A stretch of 64,000 nucleotides of DNA from Patescibacteria group bacterium (GTDB taxonomy: Bacteria; Patescibacteriota; Minisyncoccia; Phycocordibacterales; UBA918), in NCBI GenBank assembly GCA_019745315.1, contig JAIETH010000001.1, forward strand, positions 13,049-77,048. The letters are read 5' to 3'. Positions 19,415 to 28,996 of this stretch are shown piece by piece. A program made the translations under genes and the position numbers. Positions within the stretch are counted from its first letter, which is position 1, and every line of letters starts with the position of its first letter. The notes below the pieces were generated by a model, which saw only the letters and a list, made by a program, of their open reading frames with translations, made no database searches and was not told where the DNA came from.

Positions 19415-20386
19415 CTATCTCTTTTTCAGTAGGCTTTGTGTGATGCTATAGATCATATCTGATACTTGTTTTGAGTCGCTCGTATAGATTAGAGACGTAT
19501 GGTCACCTGATATAAAATCTCGAAGCGGGTAACCAGTGTCTTCAGCAATTCTTCTGTTAATGTAGGGCAGTGTGATTGCACGCAACGCTCTATCATTTTT
19601 TGCTGTACTTTTGCTCGTAACAAGTGCACTCATGCTGCCCGTCTGATTGACTACAGGTCCTCCAGAAACTCCTGAACTTCCTGCTTTTGAATCCTCAAGC
19701 GTAACCACATCAGCAGATGAGGTGTCATTAGAAAAGCTCCGAATATTTGTAATGCTTGACGTTGCTGTGAGGATAGTAAGTTTTTTATTTATTCCATAGA
19801 AATCAAGTTTTTCTGTTGGGTAGCCTGTTATAGTCACCGCATCTTTTTCAGATCCAGTATTCATGGTTTCCAAAGGAAGGGTGGGGAATATCTGCGGAAG
19901 CGTGCTACTCGCGCTTCCTGTTATGAGGAGAAGTGCAAAATCATCTTCACCTGTTCCTTTTGGTTTTTTCTTTGAAAGCTCAGCCACATTTTTTTCTACC
20001 CAAAGAGGAGGCATATGTATGATTGAGGCGGTATATGCTGCTTTTGCAGGAGAGCCTGTTCGCACAGTGCATTCACTTCGCACCTTTCCTCCTTTTTCAT
20101 TGGGTAGTAAGAAAAATTGTGCAACGTGAGCATTGGTGAGTATGACTCCGCGACTATCTATGATGACGCCAGTGCCACTTGCAGCGAATTTCTTTTTTTT
20201 GATGGTAAGTGTGCAGTAGAGGTTAACAGTCGCGTTCGCAATTGGCGAAGAAATTTCTACAGGCACCTCAGATGATGTCACAAAGCGGACGGATGCAGCG
20301 TGTGTTGTTTGAGGAGTGGCGTACAGTATCAGAAGCGCGGTCGTTATACCAAAGAATGTGTATCGCGTAAGACTCCTGAGACTCAT
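19415..20386 (-). CDS. trypsin-like serine protease (S1C/HtrA-like catalytic domain, no obvious PDZ)
   Basis: Signal peptide. ILTNAHV His box. GSSGVSGGPVVN Ser box. Confidence 0.8.
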   Translation of the reverse strand: MSLRSLTRYTFFGITTALLILYATPQTTHAASVRFVTSSEVPVEISSPIANATVNLYCTLTIKKKKFAASGTGVIIDSRGVILTNAHVAQFFLLPNEKGGKVRSECTVRTGSPAKAAYTASIIHMPPLWVEKNVAELSKKKPKGTGEDDFALLLITGSASSTLPQIFPTLPLETMNTGSEKDAVTITGYPTEKLDFYGINKKLTILTATSSITNIRSFSNDTSSADVVTLEDSKAGSSGVSGGPVVNQTGSMSALVTSKSTAKNDRALRAITLPYINRRIAEDTGYPLRDFISGDHTSLIYTSDSKQVSDMIYSITQSLLKKR

Positions 20387-20400
20387 ACTATTTAACTTAA

Positions 20401-21291
20401 TTAGCTTTGTGGTTCGAGTACAGGTAACGGAGCAGCTCCTTCAACTGGTCCACGTTCTTCATCAAGTAGATATCCGTCAATAGCTATTGCTCGTTCAGTT
20501 TTTAATAGTGAGGTAATGGCTTCTTTGGTATCGTTCGCTGCGATAGCTTCAAGTGTTTCTTGTATTTGGGTTATGGCACGACGCTGTGCATCAGATCCGT
20601 TTGCTATCTGTGGAAGTTCCTGACTTATTTTTTCTATATGGAAGCCCAAGTAGGAATTAATTGCTTCTTGGTCTCCCGCGTCAATAAAGAGTGTTATCTG
20701 TGCATCAAGTGCATCGTCGACATTTTTTCGTGTTCCTTGAAGATTGCTGGCAATAGAGGCAAATTCCTCGGTGCTATCTGCAAGTGTATCGTGTGCATGC
20801 ATAATAGTTGAAAGTCGCGCAAGTGCATCAACTTTTGATTCGAGTGCAAGAGATGATTTTTCTATCGTTTTAATCGCATCGCTGCTTTGTCCGTCTACGA
20901 CATTGGCAAATGATGTGAGTGTCTCAGGGCTTGTAGTTGCTATATCTCTCTCAAGATATATAAGTTCATTGAGACGTGCATCCATTTGTTCTAATCTCCA
21001 CGAAACGCGAGCATCCGAGGTTAATTTTGTAAGGGCAATTGCGTTTTCAGCAACATGAACTTTTACAGGATACAGCTTATTTCCTGGAAGGCTTCCATAT
21101 GACATGTACCCAAGCATTGCTGTGATGCCAATAAGAAGCGCAACAACTCCTAGGGTCGTATATGCAACCATGGGTGTGATGTGTGCTCGTACCCACATGG
21201 TGTAGCAAGAAATATGAGATGTTATTTTTTGGAAAAAAGGCACAGCCGTATCGGTTTTTTCTGGCGTAAATTCATTCTGATTATGTTCCAT
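20401..21291 (-). CDS. hypothetical membrane-anchored coiled-coil protein
   Basis: One TM helix near the N-terminus. Long helical region. Confidence 0.4.
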   Translation of the reverse strand: MEHNQNEFTPEKTDTAVPFFQKITSHISCYTMWVRAHITPMVAYTTLGVVALLIGITAMLGYMSYGSLPGNKLYPVKVHVAENAIALTKLTSDARVSWRLEQMDARLNELIYLERDIATTSPETLTSFANVVDGQSSDAIKTIEKSSLALESKVDALARLSTIMHAHDTLADSTEEFASIASNLQGTRKNVDDALDAQITLFIDAGDQEAINSYLGFHIEKISQELPQIANGSDAQRRAITQIQETLEAIAANDTKEAITSLLKTERAIAIDGYLLDEERGPVEGAAPLPVLEPQS

Positions 21292-21444
21292 TTTTTATAT
21301 AAGTTATTTAAGAATAGACGGAAGGTCTATATATGGAAGTATATCACTTTTATGTGCATTTTAATCGGATTTTTTGTATGTAATGAGTCGTCTGTTGTGA
21401 CGGCTCAAGATTGAGGCTTTATTTTCAGCGCTAACATAAAATAT

Positions 21445-21564
21445 ATGGATACAACACCAGAAACGACTCATACGTGTACAACATGTCACCATGAGCACAA
21501 GAACGAAGATGGCTCATGTTCATGTGGATGCAAAACATCAACTAAAAAAGAAGACGCTGCATAA
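21445..21564 (+). CDS. small Cys/His-rich protein (39 aa), absent from the ORF track
   Basis: MDTTPETTHTCTTCHHEHKNEDGSCSCGCKTSTKKEDAA. Followed directly by a strong terminator. Confidence 0.3.
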   Translation: MDTTPETTHTCTTCHHEHKNEDGSCSCGCKTSTKKEDAA

Positions 21565-21600
21565 AAATAAAAAGCCTCTCTTGAGAGGCTTTTTTATTTT
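21565..21600 (+). terminator. rho-independent terminator
   Basis: aaaaagcctctc-ttga-gaggcttttttattttt. Confidence 0.6.
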
Positions 21601-21619
21601 TATGGTCCCACTCTCTTAT

Positions 21620-22177
21620 TTAGAATGTATGTAGTACGCCGTCAGCACCAACCTTTAGAAAGAGGGTCATGTCAGGAGGAGGTTCTATTGGGGTAGATTC
21701 GGTTTGATCGTATGGTGCAAACTGAATACTGAGGACTTTTGAATCTGATTGTACTTTGGTTAATTGTGGAGTTATGTTCTCTCCCACATAAAAAGCATTA
21801 GTTGCAATAAATCCTTCAGATGTTTTGAGGGCGACGACTGCGTAGTAAAAGAGTCCGCTTTCTCCAGTTTTTTGAGTTACCAGAAAAGCAATGTCTTCGA
21901 GACTGTCTCCATTTATATCTCCCACGCTTTCGTATCCTGCGTATGTGGTAGTGATTTCTATAGTTCCGCCCGGTTCCATGAGCATCTTTGAGGATCCATT
22001 CTCAAGTGTGATTTTTTGAGATTCAATTGTGAAGCTTGCATTCTTTGCATCGAAAACAGGTTGTTCTGCTTGAGGTGTTTGAACTGTAGGAGGAGCAGGT
22101 TTATTTTTTGTTAGAAGGACAAATAGTAATGAGAGCGAGACGAGTGCGATTGCTACTAATAAATATATTTTTTTCAT
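21620..22177 (-). CDS. secreted hypothetical protein
   Basis: MKKIYLLVAIALVSLSLLFVLL signal/anchor. No motif recognised. Confidence 0.45.
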   Translation of the reverse strand: MKKIYLLVAIALVSLSLLFVLLTKNKPAPPTVQTPQAEQPVFDAKNASFTIESQKITLENGSSKMLMEPGGTIEITTTYAGYESVGDINGDSLEDIAFLVTQKTGESGLFYYAVVALKTSEGFIATNAFYVGENITPQLTKVQSDSKVLSIQFAPYDQTESTPIEPPPDMTLFLKVGADGVLHTF

Positions 22178-22309
22178 GCATTTAGCATAGCACGGGCTTG
22201 TGTGGTGGTGAGTAAAAAATCACAATAATTTATTTCAATATGTGGATATTAAAAAACCACCTTCCTCGGGCGGTGCGAGCATGCTCGCACCGCTGAAGTG
22301 GTGGGTTGT

Positions 22310-22732
22310 TCAGGCGAACTTGGCGAAGTTCTCGGCGGCCCTATGTCCGCTGATGGTCTCGCCGTGGATGCAGTGGCACAGACCGTGATGCAGCTGCTCC
22401 CGGTCGAGGCCCATGTTGTCCATGACGGCGCCGATGGTCGGCTCCGTTGCGACACCCGCGGCATTCAGCGCCGCGACGACCGGTTCCAGCACGGTGCCGG
22501 CGGTGGAGAACGCCCGAATCGCATCGTCCGTCATGAACTCGATCGCCGGCAGCGTCTTGAACTGATGACCGCTGTGGGCGCGGAGCGCAGTGACAGCGAG
22601 CGCGCGCCGATCGTCGGGGCCCAGCGTCTTCGGCGGGTGGGTGGCCGTTGCGCCGAGAAGGGCGCGCCGACGCAATCCGACGCCAGCCAGGCCACTCCGA
22701 ACGAGTGTTGCCAATGATGCCATGACACACAA
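22310..22732 (-). CDS. hypothetical protein encoded on a GC-rich islet
   Basis: Conspicuously GC-rich ~480-bp segment with ORFs in several frames. This frame has the most protein-like composition. A perfect GC-rich palindrome, ggcggtgcgagcatgctcgcaccgc (22267-22291), lies just downstream. Confidence 0.3.
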   Translation of the reverse strand: MCVMASLATLVRSGLAGVGLRRRALLGATATHPPKTLGPDDRRALAVTALRAHSGHQFKTLPAIEFMTDDAIRAFSTAGTVLEPVVAALNAAGVATEPTIGAVMDNMGLDREQLHHGLCHCIHGETISGHRAAENFAKFA

Positions 22733-22877
22733 ATCCTCTTTTGGGTTTGGGTTGACGGAGCCGAACCTTGTGGGGGAACTTCTCCTTTTTTACGGTAGCA
22801 CAGAAGTTTTTATTAATAAAGACACAAACAAAAACACTCAGTGCTGAGTGCGTGTAAAGTGTTTTTGTTGGGGGGCT

Positions 22878-23342
22878 TTATCGGGTTACCGAAATGGTCG
22901 CTCCGTCTTGTGCATTGGGAGCAGAAACTGTTACTCTCCCATCAGCATCTTTTTGTATGACATAGTCTGTGTCGTATGCTTCACTACAGTCAGTCACTGC
23001 TGCTCCTTTATGTGTTGAGGTTGGGTCGGTAGGCAAGGCTGGTATATATTTCGGGACAAGCTGCGCGCACATATCAGCGCCACTCGTGCTTATGTCACGC
23101 GGAGTCGTGCTGCTTATTTCTTCGCTAATTTCTCCTTTAGAATCCACAATCATTTGTCCTACTCCGTTAAGGATTGCGTTTATATTACTTGCACGCTGCG
23201 TGTTATTTGCTTGCGCAAATTGTCGTGTTGGATTAATGGCGACCAATACGACAGCTGCGAGGATGGCGATAATACCAATAACGATAAGAATTTCTATCAA
23301 CGTAAAACCTTTCTTAAAAGAAACGCTTCTGTGATATTTCAT
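22878..23342 (-). CDS. type IV pilin (prepilin-type N-terminal cleavage/methylation domain)
   Basis: MKYHRSVSFKKG|FTLIEILIVIGIIAILAAV is a class III signal peptide with G-F cleavage site and Glu+5. Confidence 0.75.
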   Translation of the reverse strand: MKYHRSVSFKKGFTLIEILIVIGIIAILAAVVLVAINPTRQFAQANNTQRASNINAILNGVGQMIVDSKGEISEEISSTTPRDISTSGADMCAQLVPKYIPALPTDPTSTHKGAAVTDCSEAYDTDYVIQKDADGRVTVSAPNAQDGATISVTR

Positions 23343-23416
23343 TACACGTATACTAGGTTAATAAATACTACTGTAAGTATATAACCAATTTGTTTTGTCA
23401 AACGTATTCCTATTCG

Positions 23417-23833
23417 TTATTGTGGATTTCTTTCTTCCCATGTATGAATCGTCGCGTCAGGTGTTTCTATGGTGACGTACAGGTGCGTATGAGATGAGCC
23501 AGATTCAGCATGTGCATGAATCCCACGGATTGTCGTATCGATATGGGTTATTGATACAATTCGACACTCATTTGTTTCTATGGGCATTCTGCCACTGTAG
23601 GGGAGAGACTCATGTGTTACAGAAGGATTGTTTTTAATAAATACACGAGCTATTTCTATGCACGACTGTGCAAGTTTCTCGCTCAGTATTTTATTTTCAA
23701 AATTCAGAACCATATATCTATGGATGATATGTGACTCTGACACAACAAGAACAAAACTAAACAATAGAGTTGAAATAATGAGTGTGGATATAAGAGCAAT
23801 AAATCCTCTCTTTTTTGATATCGGGTTTGCCAT
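23417..23833 (-). CDS. pilin-like/pseudopilin protein
   Basis: MANPISKKRG|FIALISTLIISTLL prepilin-like N-terminus. Confidence 0.5.
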   Translation of the reverse strand: MANPISKKRGFIALISTLIISTLLFSFVLVVSESHIIHRYMVLNFENKILSEKLAQSCIEIARVFIKNNPSVTHESLPYSGRMPIETNECRIVSITHIDTTIRGIHAHAESGSSHTHLYVTIETPDATIHTWEERNPQ

Positions 23834-23835
23834 TC

Positions 23836-24333
23836 CTAGAAGTGAAACTGATAGACGAATGGTTCTATAGCATTGCCGTTTGCGGTAAAAGAAATGACCA
23901 TAAATCGCTTATTATCTATCTCAGAAAATATGTGGAGTGCTTTAAAATTGGTGATGGCGACTCGGCTTGAATTGAGAGGTCCGAGAGGTTCGGTCTCTTC
24001 GCTATAGAGTAGGGTGGTACTACTTAACATAAAGGTGAACACTCCTTCGATGCTCAATGTACTTTCTCCGCTCATATTATCGGAGCTCGGAATAATCCCC
24101 TCTATATCAGAGGGTTGTGTTATTCCTTTTGATAGAGCGTATTTAATTTTAGACAGTATGAAGAGTGTTTCTTGTTCTGTTGCGCTGTTGATTTCTTGAG
24201 ACTGAGCGTATTGGAGGAGTGTGTATGTTGTAGAAAGGGTGGTTGCAATAACAATGCTAAATATGACGCTGTATAACAATGTTTCTAAAAGAGTGAATCC
24301 TTTTTTATTTTTTACACGAGCGTTCATGGTCAT
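23836..24333 (-). CDS. pseudopilin (prepilin-type N-terminus)
   Basis: NKKG|FTLLETLLYSVIFSIV. Confidence 0.6.
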   Translation of the reverse strand: MTMNARVKNKKGFTLLETLLYSVIFSIVIATTLSTTYTLLQYAQSQEINSATEQETLFILSKIKYALSKGITQPSDIEGIIPSSDNMSGESTLSIEGVFTFMLSSTTLLYSEETEPLGPLNSSRVAITNFKALHIFSEIDNKRFMVISFTANGNAIEPFVYQFHF

Positions 24334-25789
24334 ATATGGTTAAAATTTGAGTAGGATTTTCGGCACGTAATGCGTATATAACATTAAATGCATAGGTAAG
24401 GCTTGGTACGGAGGTAGAGATATCCGAGACCATGCATATATTTTTTTGTGTAATATTTTTTTCCGCTGCGTTGATTTCAAATATAAAAAATGGGTGAGTT
24501 GTATCTGAAGTAGCAACAAACAAAATATCTTTTTGAACAACTATATCGGTGACTCTAGTTCCGCTTCTGAGTAGGAGTTTTTGATCCGCTATGACATTTG
24601 GATTTCTGGGGTCTGTAATATCGAGCACATACAAATCTTTGTTTTCACCGGTAGCGCGTTCGCGTCCCATATATAAAAAATTTCCAATTAAAAACAAGGC
24701 AGTTCCATAAAGATTGCCACTTGGACTAAAGCTGCCTATGAATGTTATTGCCTCTGGCTCTGAAACATCATAGATAGTGAGTTCTGGATAGCGCGCCTCT
24801 GAGGCTGATGTAGCGAGATATGCAATTGTTTGGGTAGGTGTATGTTGGTTTTTCCCAATTACAATGTCCTCCACGTTATGGTTTACATTAAAGCTCCCGA
24901 CCCAGAGAGGTCTTTCTGGTGAGCAGTTACGTACAGAATTTTGCATACAAATTATATGAAACTCGTTATTTCGAGTGCTTGGTATGGATCCGAGATTTGC
25001 GAGATAGGGTAAACCGATATAAATATTTCCATCAAAATACGCGATACTTTTTGGAGTAAGGCACGCGGCACAGCTTGAAGTTGTATTGGGAAGTGTGACG
25101 CTCGCTACAATAGAGCTTGTTGAGAGTAGTTCAGGATCTTTAATATGTACTATCTTGAGTTGCTCTGAGCTGCTCGCATGAAGTACATACGCATACTCAT
25201 CTTTTATCACTACGCCTAGTGCGCCAGCTCCAATATTCAGCTGACTTACAAGTGTTACGTGTGTCGGTTCAATCTTTAAAATCCATATGTCCTCACGTGA
25301 GGGGAGGGTATTTGCTGTGGTGATAACCGCATACTTTTTTGTATCATGTGTAAAAAAAGCCATATCTGTTCCGGTGCCAGAAATGGTTGGGATGTATGTA
25401 GTGCTCAGTGTTGGATTATTCCATAGAGATGGGGGTGTGGGATCACAGGTTTCTTCTGCGAGTTTTTCTTCATACGCAGACTCGTGTATGAATTCATTAA
25501 TTGAAACAATAAAATCTCTATTTGTATCTCCATCCCACTGTGTGCGTGTGTTTTTTATATATGAACATGGATTTATATATAGTGAGGTTGATGCGATGAC
25601 GTAGTCATTTCTACTAACCGTTTTGTAGCTATCATGATTTGTAACTGTATAAAGAATTGCGGAAAGTGTCATGCGTCCGTCAATTAAGGCTGTTTGTCCT
25701 CCGAATATAACTTGAGACGCGCTGGACAGAAAAATAAGTGAGATGGTGCACGCTATAAGTAACTCAATAGTAGAAAAACCTTTTTGCAT
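24305..25789 (-). CDS. prepilin-like protein with LVIVD-type beta-propeller repeats (putative pilus tip/adhesin component)
   Basis: MQKG|FSTIELLIACTISL N-terminus. Repeated L-x-IYDVSEP / LYVLDITDPRNP motifs resemble LVIVD repeats. Confidence 0.55.
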   Translation of the reverse strand: MQKGFSTIELLIACTISLIFLSSASQVIFGGQTALIDGRMTLSAILYTVTNHDSYKTVSRNDYVIASTSLYINPCSYIKNTRTQWDGDTNRDFIVSINEFIHESAYEEKLAEETCDPTPPSLWNNPTLSTTYIPTISGTGTDMAFFTHDTKKYAVITTANTLPSREDIWILKIEPTHVTLVSQLNIGAGALGVVIKDEYAYVLHASSSEQLKIVHIKDPELLSTSSIVASVTLPNTTSSCAACLTPKSIAYFDGNIYIGLPYLANLGSIPSTRNNEFHIICMQNSVRNCSPERPLWVGSFNVNHNVEDIVIGKNQHTPTQTIAYLATSASEARYPELTIYDVSEPEAITFIGSFSPSGNLYGTALFLIGNFLYMGRERATGENKDLYVLDITDPRNPNVIADQKLLLRSGTRVTDIVVQKDILFVATSDTTHPFFIFEINAAEKNITQKNICMVSDISTSVPSLTYAFNVIYALRAENPTQILTIYDHERSCKK

Positions 25790-25793
25790 ATAT

Positions 25794-26264
25794 TCACCAC
25801 TCAATACGGCCCCAGCTATTCACATACACAGACGTTGAAGCAGTTGCTGTTTTAAATGTAGTTGTGCCTGCTCCACTGATCACGTTACCTGATAGTTTTT
25901 CAAAAACTATATCGGAAGGGGTCTGTATATCTATTGGGGTGTTTCGAGTGACATATGTATTGCTTGGATGAGTGGGATCAAAAGATTCCCCCTCAAAAAG
26001 AACAAATCTTTCTTTTTCTATGTGTATTCCATGGTGAGTGTCGTCTATATTGGTGAGTGCGCGCATGCGTTGAGGCACTAGGAGTAGCGAAATAAACATA
26101 TCGCGCTCTGTAAGGATGTTTTGCTGTGCAATATATTTTGAACTCAGGTATATGCCGCAGAGAGTGATGATGCCTACGAGTGCAAGAGTCACTATTATTT
26201 CTATAAGACTAAAAGCGCGTTTTCTGCTCATAAGGTTACCGTTGCATGTTTTTGGTAATTTCAT
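25794..26264 (-). CDS. pseudopilin (prepilin-type N-terminus)
   Basis: RKRAFSLIEIIVTLALVGIITL. The true start may be the internal Met (MSRKRA) near 26231. Confidence 0.5.
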   Translation of the reverse strand: MKLPKTCNGNLMSRKRAFSLIEIIVTLALVGIITLCGIYLSSKYIAQQNILTERDMFISLLLVPQRMRALTNIDDTHHGIHIEKERFVLFEGESFDPTHPSNTYVTRNTPIDIQTPSDIVFEKLSGNVISGAGTTTFKTATASTSVYVNSWGRIEW

Positions 26265-27393
26265 AGATAGGTGAAATGATTGCTGTTGCGATAGTTCCTA
26301 CAAAAAGCCCCATGACGATAAGAAGTACGGGTTCTATGGTAGTACTCAGGTTTTTCGTTTTTTCATCAAGATCTTCTTCGTAAAAACGATTAAGGTAGAG
26401 AAGTGTTTCATTGAGTCGCCCCGTCCTTTCTCCAACAGCTATGAGGTGAACAAGTATTTCAGGAAAAAGATTTTTATAACGCTCGAGTTGTGTAGATACG
26501 TGCTCGCCGCGCATACTGTGGCGTGCAATATTTGCACATGTATGTCTGTAGATACTATTGGGAAGAGTTTGAGCGGTGGTTGCAAGAGCTTCGGCATAGG
26601 GAATTCCGGATTGTAGAAGAAGTCCAAATGTTCGACAAAAGCTTGCGCAGTTATAGGTGCGGGAAAGGGTACTACAAATGGGTACGAGTAAAATCAGTCT
26701 ATCCCACGCATGTCGTACATTGCTCTGTGTCTTTTTTAGATATTGAAAAAATATAATCAGCATTACAAAACATATAAAACTCTGAATTCCCCAGTTACTT
26801 AAAAAAGTGCTTGTGGCGAGTAGTGCGCGAGTAGTAAACGGTAGCTCTATAGATAGACTTATAAAAAGAGGCATTATTTTTGGAAAAATAAAAATAGTTA
26901 AAAAACCAGTAACGCCAAGGGTTGCCAGCACGATGAAAAAAGGATATATCAGCGCGCTACGTATTTTGCTTTTGAGTAGATACGATTTTGTCAGTTCATC
27001 GACCAGATATCGTAGGTTGTGTGCAAGTGAACCAGTATCTTCTCCTACTTTTATAAGATTTATAGTAAGTTCTCCAAAAGTATTCTGGTATTTGTGGAGG
27101 CTTGTATGCAAATAGTATCCCGACGATATATCGTTTCCGATATTGTGAAAAAGTCGTTTGGCTCTTTTTGACGATGTTTGATTTTCTATGATTCGGAGAG
27201 TTTCTGGTAAGGGGATTCCAGCCTCTATGAGAAAGCTTAGTCGTTTTGCGAAAAGAATTTTTTCTTGAGTTGAAAGAGCTGTAAAAGAAGTATTTCGCGC
27301 CTGAAGATAGATATCAGTAGACTGATATTTTAAAAAACGAACGATCTTATTCATATATCGATCGAAGTACCTCGGCGATCGTGGTGTGGCCAT
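26236..27393 (-). CDS. pilC: type IV pilus assembly platform protein PilC (GspF family)
   Basis: Two GspF-type repeats, each with TM helices. Immediately downstream of pilB. Confidence 0.8.
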   Translation of the reverse strand: MATPRSPRYFDRYMNKIVRFLKYQSTDIYLQARNTSFTALSTQEKILFAKRLSFLIEAGIPLPETLRIIENQTSSKRAKRLFHNIGNDISSGYYLHTSLHKYQNTFGELTINLIKVGEDTGSLAHNLRYLVDELTKSYLLKSKIRSALIYPFFIVLATLGVTGFLTIFIFPKIMPLFISLSIELPFTTRALLATSTFLSNWGIQSFICFVMLIIFFQYLKKTQSNVRHAWDRLILLVPICSTLSRTYNCASFCRTFGLLLQSGIPYAEALATTAQTLPNSIYRHTCANIARHSMRGEHVSTQLERYKNLFPEILVHLIAVGERTGRLNETLLYLNRFYEEDLDEKTKNLSTTIEPVLLIVMGLFVGTIATAIISPIYEITKNMQR

Positions 27394-28588
27394 CCTGCGC
27401 TTTGTAAAGACCGTCCTCGAGCATAGTTGTCATTCCTTCTTCGATTGCTGTCTTTTTTATATCCGCTGCAGATGCTCGCAGTAAAATAGCTTCACGTATT
27501 CGGGGGCTTACGGAAAGTACTTCATATATTCCGATGCGACCAGAAAAACCAGTAAAATTACACGCTTCGCATCCTTCTCCTATATAAAACGCACCCGGAA
27601 CTATGTATCCATTTTCAGTGATACGAGTAGGGATGAGGGCTGTGAGATTTTGTCGCTCTGCGTAGGTGAGTAAGACCTCATGTTTGCACAAAGTACAGAT
27701 TTTTCGCACGAGCCGTTGACCTATTGCGATTGACACAGTTGAGGCTACGAGATATGAATCGATTCCCATATCAAGGAGGCGGGGAAGTGTTGTTGCAGAG
27801 TCACTCGTATGAATAGTGGAAAGTATCAAGTGTCCGGTTAGTGCGGTATTTATAGCAATCCCAGCAGTTTCTGAGTCGCGGATTTCTCCAACCATAATAC
27901 TATTGGGGTCTTGGCGCAGAATAGAGCGGAGTCCGTTGGCAAACGATAGTCCCGCACGAGGATTTATAGGTATTTGTGTTATGTCTTCAATGGCATATTC
28001 CACAGGATCCTCGATGGTAATAATAGAAGTTTCTTTCTTGTTAAGTAATTTAATAAGGGTGTAGAGCGTTGTTGTTTTGCCCGATCCTGTGGGTCCTGTT
28101 GCAAGAATCATTCCAAATGGTAAGTGCGCTGCGCGCATAATTTTTTGTCTATCAGAATCAGAAAAACCAAGTGTCTTTAATGTGAAGTGGGATGCGTGGT
28201 CTGTGAGGAGGCGTAAGATAGCATTTTCTCCATGGTATGTAGGCATTATTGATACACGGATATCAATTGGATTTTCATTATTTTTTTGATAACGAAAACG
28301 CCCGTCTTGGGCTGTTTGATGTTCATCTGTTCGTAGGCGCGAGAGTACTTTGATGCGCATTATTACTTCCTCACGTATTGCTTTTGGAAAGGTAGCAATA
28401 GTTTCGAGTTCTCCATCTATGCGAAATCGTATAGATACGTAGTGTTCGCCAGGAAGTATGTGTATGTCGGACGCACGAAGAGCATGTGCCTCCTCTATGC
28501 AGCATTCAACAAGAGAGATAATAGGAATGGTTCCTGTTTGAGAAAGCAGTTCAGTTACACGAGACGAGGTAACAGACGTACTGTGCAT
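27347..28588 (-). CDS. pilB: type IV pilus assembly ATPase PilB (GspE family)
   Basis: Walker A GPTGSGKTTT. Asp box and His box present. Tetracysteine CTLC...CEAC motif. Confidence 0.88.
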   Translation of the reverse strand: MHSTSVTSSRVTELLSQTGTIPIISLVECCIEEAHALRASDIHILPGEHYVSIRFRIDGELETIATFPKAIREEVIMRIKVLSRLRTDEHQTAQDGRFRYQKNNENPIDIRVSIMPTYHGENAILRLLTDHASHFTLKTLGFSDSDRQKIMRAAHLPFGMILATGPTGSGKTTTLYTLIKLLNKKETSIITIEDPVEYAIEDITQIPINPRAGLSFANGLRSILRQDPNSIMVGEIRDSETAGIAINTALTGHLILSTIHTSDSATTLPRLLDMGIDSYLVASTVSIAIGQRLVRKICTLCKHEVLLTYAERQNLTALIPTRITENGYIVPGAFYIGEGCEACNFTGFSGRIGIYEVLSVSPRIREAILLRASAADIKKTAIEEGMTTMLEDGLYKAQDGHTTIAEVLRSIYE

Positions 28589-28681
28589 ATTGTATATGTA
28601 TCATATAACTTCTTCTAAAATTTAAAGAGTATTGTTGGGAATAAGTCAAAAATTAGTAATACCTAAGAAACTTGTCAGTCT

Positions 28682-28714
28682 TTGTATTGACATTGTCAAT
28701 ACAAGATATATACT
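28682..28714 (+). promoter_or_regulatory. sigma70-like promoter overlapped by a palindromic operator upstream of dinJ-yafQ
   Basis: Palindrome ttgtattgaca-t-tgtcaatacaa (28682-28704) contains TTGACA (28687-28692). TATACT (28709-28714) lies 16 nt downstream. The ATG at 28721 implies a leaderless or very short-leader mRNA. Confidence 0.5.
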
Positions 28715-28720
28715 CATTGT

Positions 28721-28996
28721 ATGAGTACACAAAATACTATCCAAATTAGAATTGACTCCAAGACAAAGAAGGCAGCACGCAAAACTCTTGATGAGCTTGG
28801 TATTGATATGTCGAGTGCAGTTAAGTTGTTTTTAACTAATGTTGTAAACCGTAAGGGAATACCTCTTGATTTACTCACAGAAAATGGTTTTACCCTCGCC
28901 CAAGAGCGGGCGCTAGCTCTTGAAACAGATGTAGCAAAACGTTCTGCAAAACGTTTTGCTACTGTTAATGCTCTCATGAAGGATCTTGAAAAGTAG
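28721..28996 (+). CDS. dinJ: DinJ/RelB-family antitoxin
   Basis: IQIRIDSKTKKAARKTLDELGIDMSSAVKLFLTNVVNRKGIPL fits the DinJ ribbon-helix-helix family. Confidence 0.8.
   Translation: MSTQNTIQIRIDSKTKKAARKTLDELGIDMSSAVKLFLTNVVNRKGIPLDLLTENGFTLAQERALALETDVAKRSAKRFATVNALMKDLEK

Noticed and set aside
22298-22847. Multiple overlapping ORFs on both strands of the GC-rich islet (22298-22717+, 22341-22730-, 22531-22728-, 22590-22847+, 22249-22464-)
   Set aside because: High GC suppresses stop codons in all frames, and at most one can be real. The minus frame 22310-22732 was retained with low confidence only.
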